DNA from: Candidatus Peregrinibacteria bacterium RIFOXYA2_FULL_41_18
Lineage (GTDB): Bacteria > Patescibacteriota > Gracilibacteria > UBA1369 > UBA12470
Length of the DNA stretch: 64,000 bases
Reading direction: 5' to 3'
NCBI GenBank assembly: GCA_001788795.1
Contig: MFXH01000004.1
Coordinates: 6,831-70,830 of the forward strand
Positions 1-7,626 of this stretch are shown here, piece by piece. Position 1 is the first letter of the stretch, and every line of letters begins with the position of its first letter. The notes under the pieces were generated by a model. That model was not told the DNA's origin. It did not search any database and was given only the letters and a program-made list of their open reading frames with translations. Position numbers and translations under genes: made by a program.

Positions 1-1
1 G

Positions 2-2302
2 CACAGCTTGCCTTCTCTCAAAAATGCAGTTACGAAAAATACTACCGCCTGTTTCGAGCCTGCGCTCGACTATCTGGCTCTCAAAATCCCAAGATGGGAT
101 CTTAATAAATTCAGAAAGGTTTCAAAAGAAATCACGAGTGAGATGAAGTCTGTCGGCGAGATTATGGCGCTTGGAAGAAATTTCGAGGAATGCCTGCAAA
201 AAGGGCTTCGAATGCTTCAAGTCGGACTTACCGGACTTACCGGTAATGAGGCTCTCGGGATACAAGCAGAAAAACTTGCCCATGAAATTTCCGTACCTAC
301 GCCAAAAAGAATTCTTGCCGTTGTAGAGGCTTTGCAAAAAGGATGGAGTCCTGAAAAAATAAATCGTCTAAGCGGAATCGACAAGTGGTTTCTCGATAAA
401 ATAAAAAATGTGGTTAAAACTGAGCGAGAAATAAAAAAATCAAACGGTGATCTTTCCGCCGATATGATGTTGAAAGCAAAACGCCTAGGATTTTCCGACT
501 ATCAAATAGGCCGAGTTATCGGAAAAAACGAGATGGAAGTTCGCGCGATCCGCAAGAAAATTGGTGTCATGCCGTCCATAAAACAAATCGACACAATGGC
601 TGCCGAATGGCCAGCTAATACAAACTATCTTTATGTTACTTATCACGGCTCAAAAAATGACACACAAAGAACTGCAAAAAAGAAGGCGATAGTTCTTGGG
701 TCCGGACCTTATTGCATCGGCTCATCTGTCGAATTCGATTGGTGCTGCGTAAATGCCGTCCGAACTCTTGAAAAAGAGGGATATGAAACAATTATGATCA
801 ATTATAATCCTGAGACCGTTTCGACGGATTATGATATTTGTGACAAATTGTATTTTGACGAATTGTCGCTTGAACGCGTTTTGGATATTTATGAATTTGA
901 ACGGCCAAACGGCGTGATCATCTCCACAGGCGGACAGGTCCCGAATAATTTGGCACTAAAATTACACAAATGCGGAGTGAAAATTCTAGGTACTTCGCCT
1001 GTAGACATAGATCGTGCCGAAAATAGACACAAGTTTTCAGGACTTATGGATAAAATAGGTGTCGTTCAGCCGAAATGGAAAGATTTTTCACAAGTCGAAG
1101 ATGCTTACAGGTTCGCGCGTGATGTTGAATATCCGGTATTGGTGCGTCCATCTTATGTGCTTTCCGGTGCTGCAATGAATGTTGCTCAAAACGAAGAAGA
1201 CTTAAGAGCTTATTTGTCTAAGGCTGCCAAAATTTCGACAGATGCGCCGGTAGTAATAAGCAAGTTCGAAAAAGGTGCAAAAGAAATAGAGGTTGATGCT
1301 GTCGCAACCCACGGTGAAGTTGTAATTTGGGCGATTGCCGAGCACGTTGAAAATGCCGGCGTACATTCCGGCGATGCAACCATTGTCTTGCCGCCGCAAA
1401 AACTTTACTTGGAAACAATAAAAAGAATTCGCCAAATCACCAAGCAAGTGGCGAAAGAGCTTAATATAACAGGACCTTTCAATATTCAATTCCTTGCCAA
1501 GAGTAATGAAATAAAAGTAATCGAATGTAATTTGCGCGCCAGCAGAAGCTTCCCTTTCAGTTCAAAAGTTACAGGATATAACTTCATAGAAATCGCAACG
1601 CGTGCCATGCTCGGCAAAGGAGCTAAGGCTCTCAAGAAAGGTCACTATCGAACTCTTGATCTCGATCATGTGGGAGTAAAAGTTCCTCAATTCAGCTTCT
1701 CGCGATTGAAAGGCGCCGATCCCGTTCTTGGAGTCGAGATGGCTTCGACCGGTGAGGTTGCTTGTTTCGGTGAAAATATAGAGGAAGCTTTTTTGAAGGC
1801 TATGATTTCCGTAGGATTTGAAGTTCCGAAAAAAAATATCCTGCTCAGTATCGGACGTTTGCAAGACAAGGTGGACTTCTTGAGTTCGGCGAAGAGATTG
1901 AAAGGCATGGGTTTCACTATTTTCGCAACAGACGGTACGGGACATTTCTTGAAAGAACATGGAGTCGAAGCTCATATACTGCATAAAATCGGCGACGGGC
2001 GAAGTCCAAATTTAGACGAATATTTACGCGATAAATGCATAGATCTTGTCATAAATATTCCTACCAATTACAGTCACGAGGAGATGACCGCCGGCTACCA
2101 TATAAGAAGGAGAACTATTGATCTCAACATACCGTTAATAACAAACCTTCAAGTTGCAAGATTGATTGCAAGAACTATTGAGAAATACAAAGTTGAGGAC
2201 TTGAAGATAAGGAGTTGGGATGAGGAGGTGGGTGGTAGATTGCAGGTTGCAGATGGCAGAGGAAAAAATGGAAAACAAAGACGAAAGAGAATAGGAAGCT
2301 AA
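2..2302 (+). CDS. carB: carbamoyl-phosphate synthase large subunit, C-terminal part (5' end lies outside the window)
   Basis: The reading frame is open to the window edge. It shows CarB-type motifs (FEP..DY...KIPRW, MKSVGEIMALGR), a second ATP-grasp module (YPVLVRPSYVLSGAAMNV) and an MGS-like C-terminal domain. The last ~25 aa (EEVGGRLQVADGRGKNGKQRRKRIGS) are read through a heptamer repeat. Confidence 0.92.
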   Translation, partial: HSLPSLKNAVTKNTTACFEPALDYLALKIPRWDLNKFRKVSKEITSEMKSVGEIMALGRNFEECLQKGLRMLQVGLTGLTGNEALGIQAEKLAHEISVPTPKRILAVVEALQKGWSPEKINRLSGIDKWFLDKIKNVVKTEREIKKSNGDLSADMMLKAKRLGFSDYQIGRVIGKNEMEVRAIRKKIGVMPSIKQIDTMAAEWPANTNYLYVTYHGSKNDTQRTAKKKAIVLGSGPYCIGSSVEFDWCCVNAVRTLEKEGYETIMINYNPETVSTDYDICDKLYFDELSLERVLDIYEFERPNGVIISTGGQVPNNLALKLHKCGVKILGTSPVDIDRAENRHKFSGLMDKIGVVQPKWKDFSQVEDAYRFARDVEYPVLVRPSYVLSGAAMNVAQNEEDLRAYLSKAAKISTDAPVVISKFEKGAKEIEVDAVATHGEVVIWAIAEHVENAGVHSGDATIVLPPQKLYLETIKRIRQITKQVAKELNITGPFNIQFLAKSNEIKVIECNLRASRSFPFSSKVTGYNFIEIATRAMLGKGAKALKKGHYRTLDLDHVGVKVPQFSFSRLKGADPVLGVEMASTGEVACFGENIEEAFLKAMISVGFEVPKKNILLSIGRLQDKVDFLSSAKRLKGMGFTIFATDGTGHFLKEHGVEAHILHKIGDGRSPNLDEYLRDKCIDLVINIPTNYSHEEMTAGYHIRRRTIDLNIPLITNLQVARLIARTIEKYKVEDLKIRSWDEEVGGRLQVADGRGKNGKQRRKRIGS
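2232..2259 (+). repeat. tandem heptamer repeat (gtggtag attgcag gttgcag atggcag), family B
   Basis: Four consecutive 7-nt units of form RTKGCAG were read directly. They lie inside the 3' tail of carB. The same architecture occurs at 9689-9723 and 57506-57560. Confidence 0.8.
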
Positions 2303-3999
2303 GCGGCTTTTGCCGATTCCCATCTTTCAACTACAGCTTTGACCGAATCTTTTAATTCGAGTCTTGTAACTTCAAGCTGCCATGATTCAAGTTTGGTTAT
2401 ATATGTGTGATCGCAATCTTCAATTTTGTCCGGACATTCCGCTGAAAACGCCCTGTATCTCTCCAGCGTTGCATCTATCAATCTCGGTAGGGCGTTAAAC
2501 ATTTTATCTTTTTCCGCCAGTCCGGCAGGTATTAATCTTGTAACAGTTTCCCTAAGCGTCTTGAGCCTGCTTACTATTTTTTTCGCATGCAAATCTTTCA
2601 TGTTATCGGCCCTGTCTTCCAGTTTTATCTGAAGGGCTACTTGCCTATTTTCCTCATCATCACTATTAATTGCGTCCATGCGGACCAAAAAACTGTCCAT
2701 TTTTAAGCTATGAGGTGGCATTTGTCTGAAAATTTCTGACTGAGGTTCTTCACTTATTGCTTCCCATGCCAAGTCGTTTTTTACGCAAAATGCTTTTTCA
2801 GCTTCTTCACCCTGAATTCCGATTATCGCAAAACTCCTAGCTCTTCCGGCTAAATTTCTTTCAACAACTTTCTTTTTGAGACCCATGCTCATATCTTTCT
2901 CTGTTCCATTTGTAAGAGCCAGAAGCACTCTTCTTATCCTCCTGCGCATATTGGTTGTAACTATATTGAGCGTTTGACGTTTTATCCTACCGCTTCCTTC
3001 CTTGTCACCCTTTTTTCTGTCCAATTCTGTAACGAAACCTGATCCGAAATTAAGCTGGCTGTCGTAAGTATCAACATGACCTTCTATAAACCCAATCGTA
3101 GATTCCACAGAGGCATTTGTATCTTCCGGACAGTCATGCACGGGCGGAATCAACCCTATGTTTTCAGGCGTATAATTTACGGTTTCCTCTTCCAAGACAT
3201 ACGGTAAGATATCGTAAGCCATTGCCAATGCTACCCTCTCCGGATGCACATAATAAGGTTCTTTTTTTGTATCCCTAAGCCGACTGTTTTTTTGCTTATA
3301 ATGATAAGCTTTTGCTGTTGATAACCCTTGATGAAGTGAATCTACGAATCTTAGCTTTCTTATCCTCAATGCTATTGCTTGACGCTTCTCGTGATCGGGC
3401 GGCAAAACCGACTTGCCGTCATCCGTATGTTCTATAAGCAAGTCGAAGTACACTCTTTGAGCGGCAAGGTAGTTTTTATCTGCATGGTAAAAAAATCTTC
3501 TCAATGATTTTTCTTGGGTTTTCCATTGTGCGAGAGAGCGAGCATGCTCGTTCTGACTTTCCGTAGTTACATCCGGATAACCTATTATTCCCTTTACCGC
3601 CTTCTGCAATTCCGGTCTGAATTTGAAAGATACCCATTGCAAAATCTCTTCAGATTCCGGGTCGCATTCCGCCGGAGCGTTTTCCCAACAATCCTTCAGT
3701 GTATTTCCGGTATCCACCCACTCCCTGCGATACCGCATCACCGTTTTCCACACATTGCCGATTCTGTCTCTATGCTCTTCCGGAATGGCGTGCGCGATCT
3801 GCTCAAACCGCAAATCTTCCGGAATATTCATACACTCCTCTTCGAGAGCCCATACATACGCACTTTCTTTCGACGAACAATTCCCTATGTCATTCCCTTT
3901 TCCTGGAAGATATCTTTCTTGGACGAAACTCCAGAAATGTCCTGCTTTTGTTATACCTCTCTCTTGTTCCGGCGTGATTTTTCCGCTTTCAATAGCCAT
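2299..3999 (-). CDS. orphan 566-aa protein with a divergent, split SpoT/Mesh1-type HD (alarmone-hydrolase-like) core
   Basis: Motifs AYHYKQKNSRLRDTKKEPYYVHPERVA, VHDCPEDT and IKLEDRADNMKDL are collinear with HPVGTAMILAE, LHDTVEDT and IKLADRLHNMRTL of the Rel protein at 61170-63092. The flanking domains are not recognised. Confidence 0.6.
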   Translation of the reverse strand: MAIESGKITPEQERGITKAGHFWSFVQERYLPGKGNDIGNCSSKESAYVWALEEECMNIPEDLRFEQIAHAIPEEHRDRIGNVWKTVMRYRREWVDTGNTLKDCWENAPAECDPESEEILQWVSFKFRPELQKAVKGIIGYPDVTTESQNEHARSLAQWKTQEKSLRRFFYHADKNYLAAQRVYFDLLIEHTDDGKSVLPPDHEKRQAIALRIRKLRFVDSLHQGLSTAKAYHYKQKNSRLRDTKKEPYYVHPERVALAMAYDILPYVLEEETVNYTPENIGLIPPVHDCPEDTNASVESTIGFIEGHVDTYDSQLNFGSGFVTELDRKKGDKEGSGRIKRQTLNIVTTNMRRRIRRVLLALTNGTEKDMSMGLKKKVVERNLAGRARSFAIIGIQGEEAEKAFCVKNDLAWEAISEEPQSEIFRQMPPHSLKMDSFLVRMDAINSDDEENRQVALQIKLEDRADNMKDLHAKKIVSRLKTLRETVTRLIPAGLAEKDKMFNALPRLIDATLERYRAFSAECPDKIEDCDHTYITKLESWQLEVTRLELKDSVKAVVERWESAKAA

Positions 4000-4200
4000 A
4001 ATTTAGGCTTAAGGTTGTATATTAAAGGCTTGTTTCAAACCTATGTCAAACAAAGTACGACCGTAAACCCTGCCGCCAAGCATGTTTTGTGCAAATGTAT
4101 TGACACAATTAGTGGTTTTTGAGCGGAAATGATCGCGCTTTTACAGGTTTAAAGCTGTACTTTTACAAATCCCCATTTTTGACGTTCTTGCCAAAGGGGC

Positions 4201-4229
4201 TTGACAAGGCGTCAATTATGTCCTAATAT
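4201..4229 (+). promoter_or_regulatory. sigma70-type promoter (TTGACA-17 nt-TAATAT) for the short TrmB-like gene
   Basis: TTGACA is at 4201-4206, followed by a 17-nt spacer and TAATAT at 4224-4229. The -35 lies inside the inverted repeat TTGAC-N5-GTCAA. Confidence 0.6.
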
Positions 4230-4260
4230 CTCGCCCTACCATTTGACCAAAAAATACACC

Positions 4261-4563
4261 ATGCTGTCCGAGATTTTTCAAATCTTGGGATTAAGGGGTA
4301 AGGATATACGTATATATCTTTCCTCGCTACGGCTTGGACCACAGCCCGCGAGCGTAATTGCACGCAAAACCGGATTGAAGCGAGTCGATACGTATAACCA
4401 CCTCATTAAGCTATGCGGTATAGGTGTCTTCCGCATACAAAAACGAGGAAAAGTTGCTTTTTTCAGCACATGCGCTCCCGAGCAACTCTCTGATTTGATA
4501 AAAATCAAAAAATCACTAATCGTAGAGGCGGAACGTGGCCTTGAACGAATATCGAATATTTAG
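4261..4563 (+). CDS. short TrmB-family winged-helix transcription regulator (HTH domain only)
   Basis: MLSEIFQILGLRGKDIRIYLSSLRLGPQPASVIARKTGLKRVDTYNHLIKL parallels the N-terminus of the longer TrmB-like gene at 63417. The start was moved to the ATG at 4261, downstream of the promoter. Confidence 0.65.
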   Translation: MLSEIFQILGLRGKDIRIYLSSLRLGPQPASVIARKTGLKRVDTYNHLIKLCGIGVFRIQKRGKVAFFSTCAPEQLSDLIKIKKSLIVEAERGLERISNI

Positions 4564-4593
4564 GGAACCTCTGAAAAATGCCCTCATGACTGT

Positions 4594-4695
4594 AAATGTT
4601 ACAATTTGGCTGCAAACGACTCAGACCTCCTCGCTGGATCTTCTCCTGATACAGCTTCGTCGGTCTTTGCCGTTTTCGCTCGAATTGTAACATTT
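4594..4695 (+). promoter_or_regulatory. long imperfect hairpin in the pdxS leader (possible cis-regulatory RNA)
   Basis: A perfect 13-nt inverted repeat, AAATGTTACAATT (4594-4606) and AATTGTAACATTT (4683-4695), encloses 76 nt. Inner pairings are AAACG/CGTTT and AGACC/GGTCT. Confidence 0.4.
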
Positions 4696-4799
4696 TCGTT
4701 ACCATGACAGCATTTTTCAGAGATTCCTTAAACATAGCGTCTGGCGTAAAAGGTTTTCTTGAAGTAAAATCCCGTACGCTAAAAATAATATTATTTTTT

Positions 4800-5678
4800 A
4801 TGGTTAAGAAAAACACTCCGAAATTGAAAAAGGGACTTGCGCAGATGCTTAAAGGTGGCGTCATCATGGATGTCGTAAATGCAGAGCAGGCCATACTTGC
4901 GGAAAAGGCCGGCGCAGTTGCCGTTATGGCGCTAGAAAGAGTTCCGTCCGATATTCGAAAAGATGGCGGAGTCGCAAGAATGAGTGATCCAAAAATGATT
5001 CGCGAAATAATGAAGGCTGTTACTATCCCCGTAATGGCGAAAGTAAGAATCGGTCATTTTGTTGAAGCCCAAATTCTTGAATCTATCGGAATCGATTACA
5101 TAGATGAAAGCGAAGTTCTTACACCTGCGGATCCGGAATCTCATGTCGATAAATCTCAATTCAAAGTACCTTTTGTATGCGGTGCGACAGGATTGGGGGA
5201 GGCGCTAAGACGAATTAATGAAGGCGCTGCTATGATAAGGACAAAAGGTGAGGCGGGAACCGGCAATGTGATTGAAGCTGTTAGACATTGGAAAAAAATT
5301 CTTCGTGAAATGGAGGCTCTGAAAAAAATGTCAAAGACCGAAATGGCTAAGGCCGCAAAGGAAATGAGAGTCCCTCTTGAAATAGTTGAAGGAGTTGCCA
5401 AGACCGGTCGCCTGCCCGTTGTAAATTTCGCCGCCGGCGGAATCGCAACTCCGGCTGACGCCGCGATGATGATGCAGCTTGGATGCGATGGAGTTTTTGT
5501 CGGAAGTGGAATTTTCAAATCTTCAAATCCTGCAAAAAGGGCTCGAGCGATTGTAGAAGCTGTCATGCATTTCAATGATCCTGCTCGAATCGCCAAGGTC
5601 TCCGAAGGGCTGGGCGAGGCGATGGAAAGTCAGGAGATTTCTAAGCTTGCGGATAGATATGCGGAGAGGGGATGGTAG
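4800..5678 (+). CDS. pdxS: pyridoxal 5'-phosphate synthase, lyase subunit
   Basis: Near full-length colinearity with PdxS ([22 protein letters not shown] ... [34 protein letters not shown] ... ERGW). The start was set at ATG 4800 to match the family N-terminus. Confidence 0.95.
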   Translation: MVKKNTPKLKKGLAQMLKGGVIMDVVNAEQAILAEKAGAVAVMALERVPSDIRKDGGVARMSDPKMIREIMKAVTIPVMAKVRIGHFVEAQILESIGIDYIDESEVLTPADPESHVDKSQFKVPFVCGATGLGEALRRINEGAAMIRTKGEAGTGNVIEAVRHWKKILREMEALKKMSKTEMAKAAKEMRVPLEIVEGVAKTGRLPVVNFAAGGIATPADAAMMMQLGCDGVFVGSGIFKSSNPAKRARAIVEAVMHFNDPARIAKVSEGLGEAMESQEISKLADRYAERGW

Positions 5679-5732
5679 GGGAGGGGGAAGTAGGGGAAGT
5701 GACATAGTGACATAGTGACATAGTGACATAGT
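5663..5732 (+). repeat. composite purine-rich repeat, family A: G-rich 9-mers followed by 4 x GACATAGT
   Basis: The sequence reads ...gaggggatggtaggggagggggaagtaggggaagt followed by gacatagt x4 (5701-5732). It overlaps the pdxS stop codon and ends 6 nt before the pdxT ATG. Confidence 0.9.
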
Positions 5733-5738
5733 AAAATT

Positions 5739-6386
5739 ATGAAAATTGGAATACTTGCAATTCAGGGGTCGGTGATTGAGCATGCGCGAGCAATTGACAA
5801 CGCTGGGGCTCAAGCTGTAGAGGTGCGAACTTGCCGCGATCTCGAAGGTATTCGCGGTCTTGTAATGCCCGGTGGAGAAAGTACGACTATCGGCAAACTG
5901 CTTAAGCTCGAAGGGCTGGATGTCGAGATTGCCAAGAGGGTAAAAAAAGGGATGGGTGTTTACGGCACGTGCGCCGGAGCAATTTTGCTTGCAAAAGAAA
6001 TCGTTGGCGGTCAAAAAGCGTTGAATCTCGGACTGATGAATATTCAAATACAAAGAAATGCTTACGGGAGGCAACTTGATAGTTTTGAAACCGAACTGGA
6101 CATCCCTGCTTTGGGCAAGAGCCCAGTCCCTGCGGTTTTCATAAGAGCTCCGAAAATCGTTTCGACTGGCGCAGGGGTTGAAATTTTAGCAGAATGTAAT
6201 GGCGAGATCGTTATGTGCCAAGAGAACAATATATTGGTAACGACATTTCACCCTGAGATGACTGACGATTTGCGCGTCCATAAATACTTCATAAATATCG
6301 CGAAGGGAACTGCTGGTTCCCCTCACGCACTCCCCTCCGAACTGTTGTTCTCAAAACAGCTTTCGCGGAAGCTCGCGAAATGTTAA
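5739..6386 (+). CDS. pdxT: pyridoxal 5'-phosphate synthase, glutaminase subunit
   Basis: [15 protein letters not shown]..., PGGESTT, GTCAG and FHPE motifs are present. About 20 extra C-terminal residues are read through a hairpin cluster. Confidence 0.93.
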   Translation: MKIGILAIQGSVIEHARAIDNAGAQAVEVRTCRDLEGIRGLVMPGGESTTIGKLLKLEGLDVEIAKRVKKGMGVYGTCAGAILLAKEIVGGQKALNLGLMNIQIQRNAYGRQLDSFETELDIPALGKSPVPAVFIRAPKIVSTGAGVEILAECNGEIVMCQENNILVTTFHPEMTDDLRVHKYFINIAKGTAGSPHALPSELLFSKQLSRKLAKC

Positions 6387-6420
6387 TTTGGGACCCAGCG
6401 AGACCCAAACCAACATTTCG
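6305..6420 (+). other. cluster of 4-5 consecutive hairpins spanning the pdxT 3' tail and the pdxT-folE spacer
   Basis: The arms are GGGAAC/GTTCCC (6305-6321), CTGTT/AACAG, TTTCGCG/CGCGAAA, and CGAAATGTT/AACATTTCG (6376-6420) enclosing TTTGGG/CCCAAA. Confidence 0.5.
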
Positions 6421-6469
6421 CTACGCGTGCTCAATCTGTTTTGTTCACCTTTTAAATAAATATCGCGAG

Positions 6470-7018
6470 ATGAAAAATCTAGAAAAAGGCCTTAGGGATT
6501 TTTTCAAATCAATAGGAGAGGATCCTTCGAGAGAAGGGTTGCGCGAAACTCCAAAGAGAGTTGCCAAAATGGTTGAGAAAGTTTTTGGCGGATACGGGCA
6601 AGATCCGAGAAAAATCGCTAAGACTTTTGACGGCGAAAAATATGACGAGATGATTGTCGTGAAAGACATTGAGTTCTTTTCGACGTGCGAACACCACATG
6701 ATGCCTTTTTTCGGACGTGTACATATCGGATATATTCCGAACGGTAAGATTCTGGGCTTGAGCAAATTCCCAAGAATTGTGGAAATTTTTGCTCGAAGAC
6801 TTCAGAATCAAGAGAGGTTAACACATCAAATAGCTGATGCTATTGAAGACGTTTTGCATCCACGCGGAGTCGCTGTAATTATTGAAGCGAAGCATTTGTG
6901 CATGATGGCAAGAGGGGTTGAGAAACAGGCGAGTAATGTTACGACTTCAGCATTGAGAGGACTTTTCAAAAAGAAGGTGAATACCCGCAATGAATTTTTG
7001 ACGCTTGTGAAAAACTAA
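6470..7018 (+). CDS. folE: GTP cyclohydrolase I
   Basis: [38 protein letters not shown] and [12 protein letters not shown] motifs are present. The start was set at ATG 6470. Confidence 0.93.
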   Translation: MKNLEKGLRDFFKSIGEDPSREGLRETPKRVAKMVEKVFGGYGQDPRKIAKTFDGEKYDEMIVVKDIEFFSTCEHHMMPFFGRVHIGYIPNGKILGLSKFPRIVEIFARRLQNQERLTHQIADAIEDVLHPRGVAVIIEAKHLCMMARGVEKQASNVTTSALRGLFKKKVNTRNEFLTLVKN

Positions 7019-7020
7019 AT

Positions 7021-7626
7021 ATGACCAAGTACCTTCCGAAAAACATAGAAAACTTAATAAACGAATTTAATCGTCTGCCCGGCATCGGGCCGAAAACGGC
7101 GCAGAGATTGGCTTTTTATTTATTGAAAAGTTCTGAAACGCGCTCGCGCGAATTGGCTGATGCGCTTGTGAATGTTAAGACTGGGATTCGGATGTGCAAC
7201 AAGTGTTTTACTTTAACGACAGAAGAGATTTGTGACATCTGCTCCGATTCGGTCCGCAAGCAGGAAGTGGTTTGCGTGGTTGAAGATTCAACAGATTTAA
7301 TTGCGATTGAAAAAACCGGTGAATTCCACGGCGTTTACCATGTCCTGCACGGGAAAATCGCGCCACTTGATGGAGTTGGACCTGATGACATCAAGCTGAA
7401 GGAGTTGGTTGCGAGAGTTGCTTGTGGTGAAATCAAAGAAGTAATCGTTGCAACAAATCCAAATCTGGAAGGGGAGGCGACTGCACTTTATATTTCAAAA
7501 ATACTTGCACCTTATAACAATGTGCGTGTTACGAGAATCGCACGCGGATTACCTTCAGGCGGAGACCTCGAATATGCCGACCTCACTACTATCGGGAGGG
7601 CGATTAGCGGGAGAGGGGAGATTTGA
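7021..7626 (+). CDS. recR: recombination protein RecR
   Basis: LPGIGPKTAQRLAF helix-hairpin-helix, a C4 zinc finger (CNKCFTLTTEEICDIC), a Toprim region and a GGDLEYAD tail. Confidence 0.93.
   Translation: MTKYLPKNIENLINEFNRLPGIGPKTAQRLAFYLLKSSETRSRELADALVNVKTGIRMCNKCFTLTTEEICDICSDSVRKQEVVCVVEDSTDLIAIEKTGEFHGVYHVLHGKIAPLDGVGPDDIKLKELVARVACGEIKEVIVATNPNLEGEATALYISKILAPYNNVRVTRIARGLPSGGDLEYADLTTIGRAISGRGEI

Noticed and set aside
3514-4122. Plus-strand ORFs of 92-202 aa antisense to the HD-domain gene
   Set aside because: They overlap one another in different frames, have a low-complexity composition, and lie entirely within a longer motif-bearing minus-strand ORF. They are judged to be antisense artefacts. 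The same reasoning applies to the many short antisense ORFs inside rny, the 864-aa membrane gene, rnj, the VanW gene and others.
4505-4894. Minus-strand 129-aa ORF and the upstream 4704 start of the pdxS track ORF
   Set aside because: Both run through the structured leader and have no homology. PdxS alignment supports the start at 4800.
5668-5696. G-quadruplex formation as the common function of family A repeats
   Set aside because: Only this copy has four G>=3 runs with loops of 7 nt or less. The other copies have two or three runs, so a canonical G4 cannot be the shared property.
5663-5732. Could the repeated gacatagt / ggggaagt tracts be a CRISPR array?
   Set aside because: The units are only 7-9 nt and directly tandem, with no unique spacers. 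The arrays span 35-70 nt, and no cas genes are present. They are tandem minisatellite-like elements, not CRISPR.
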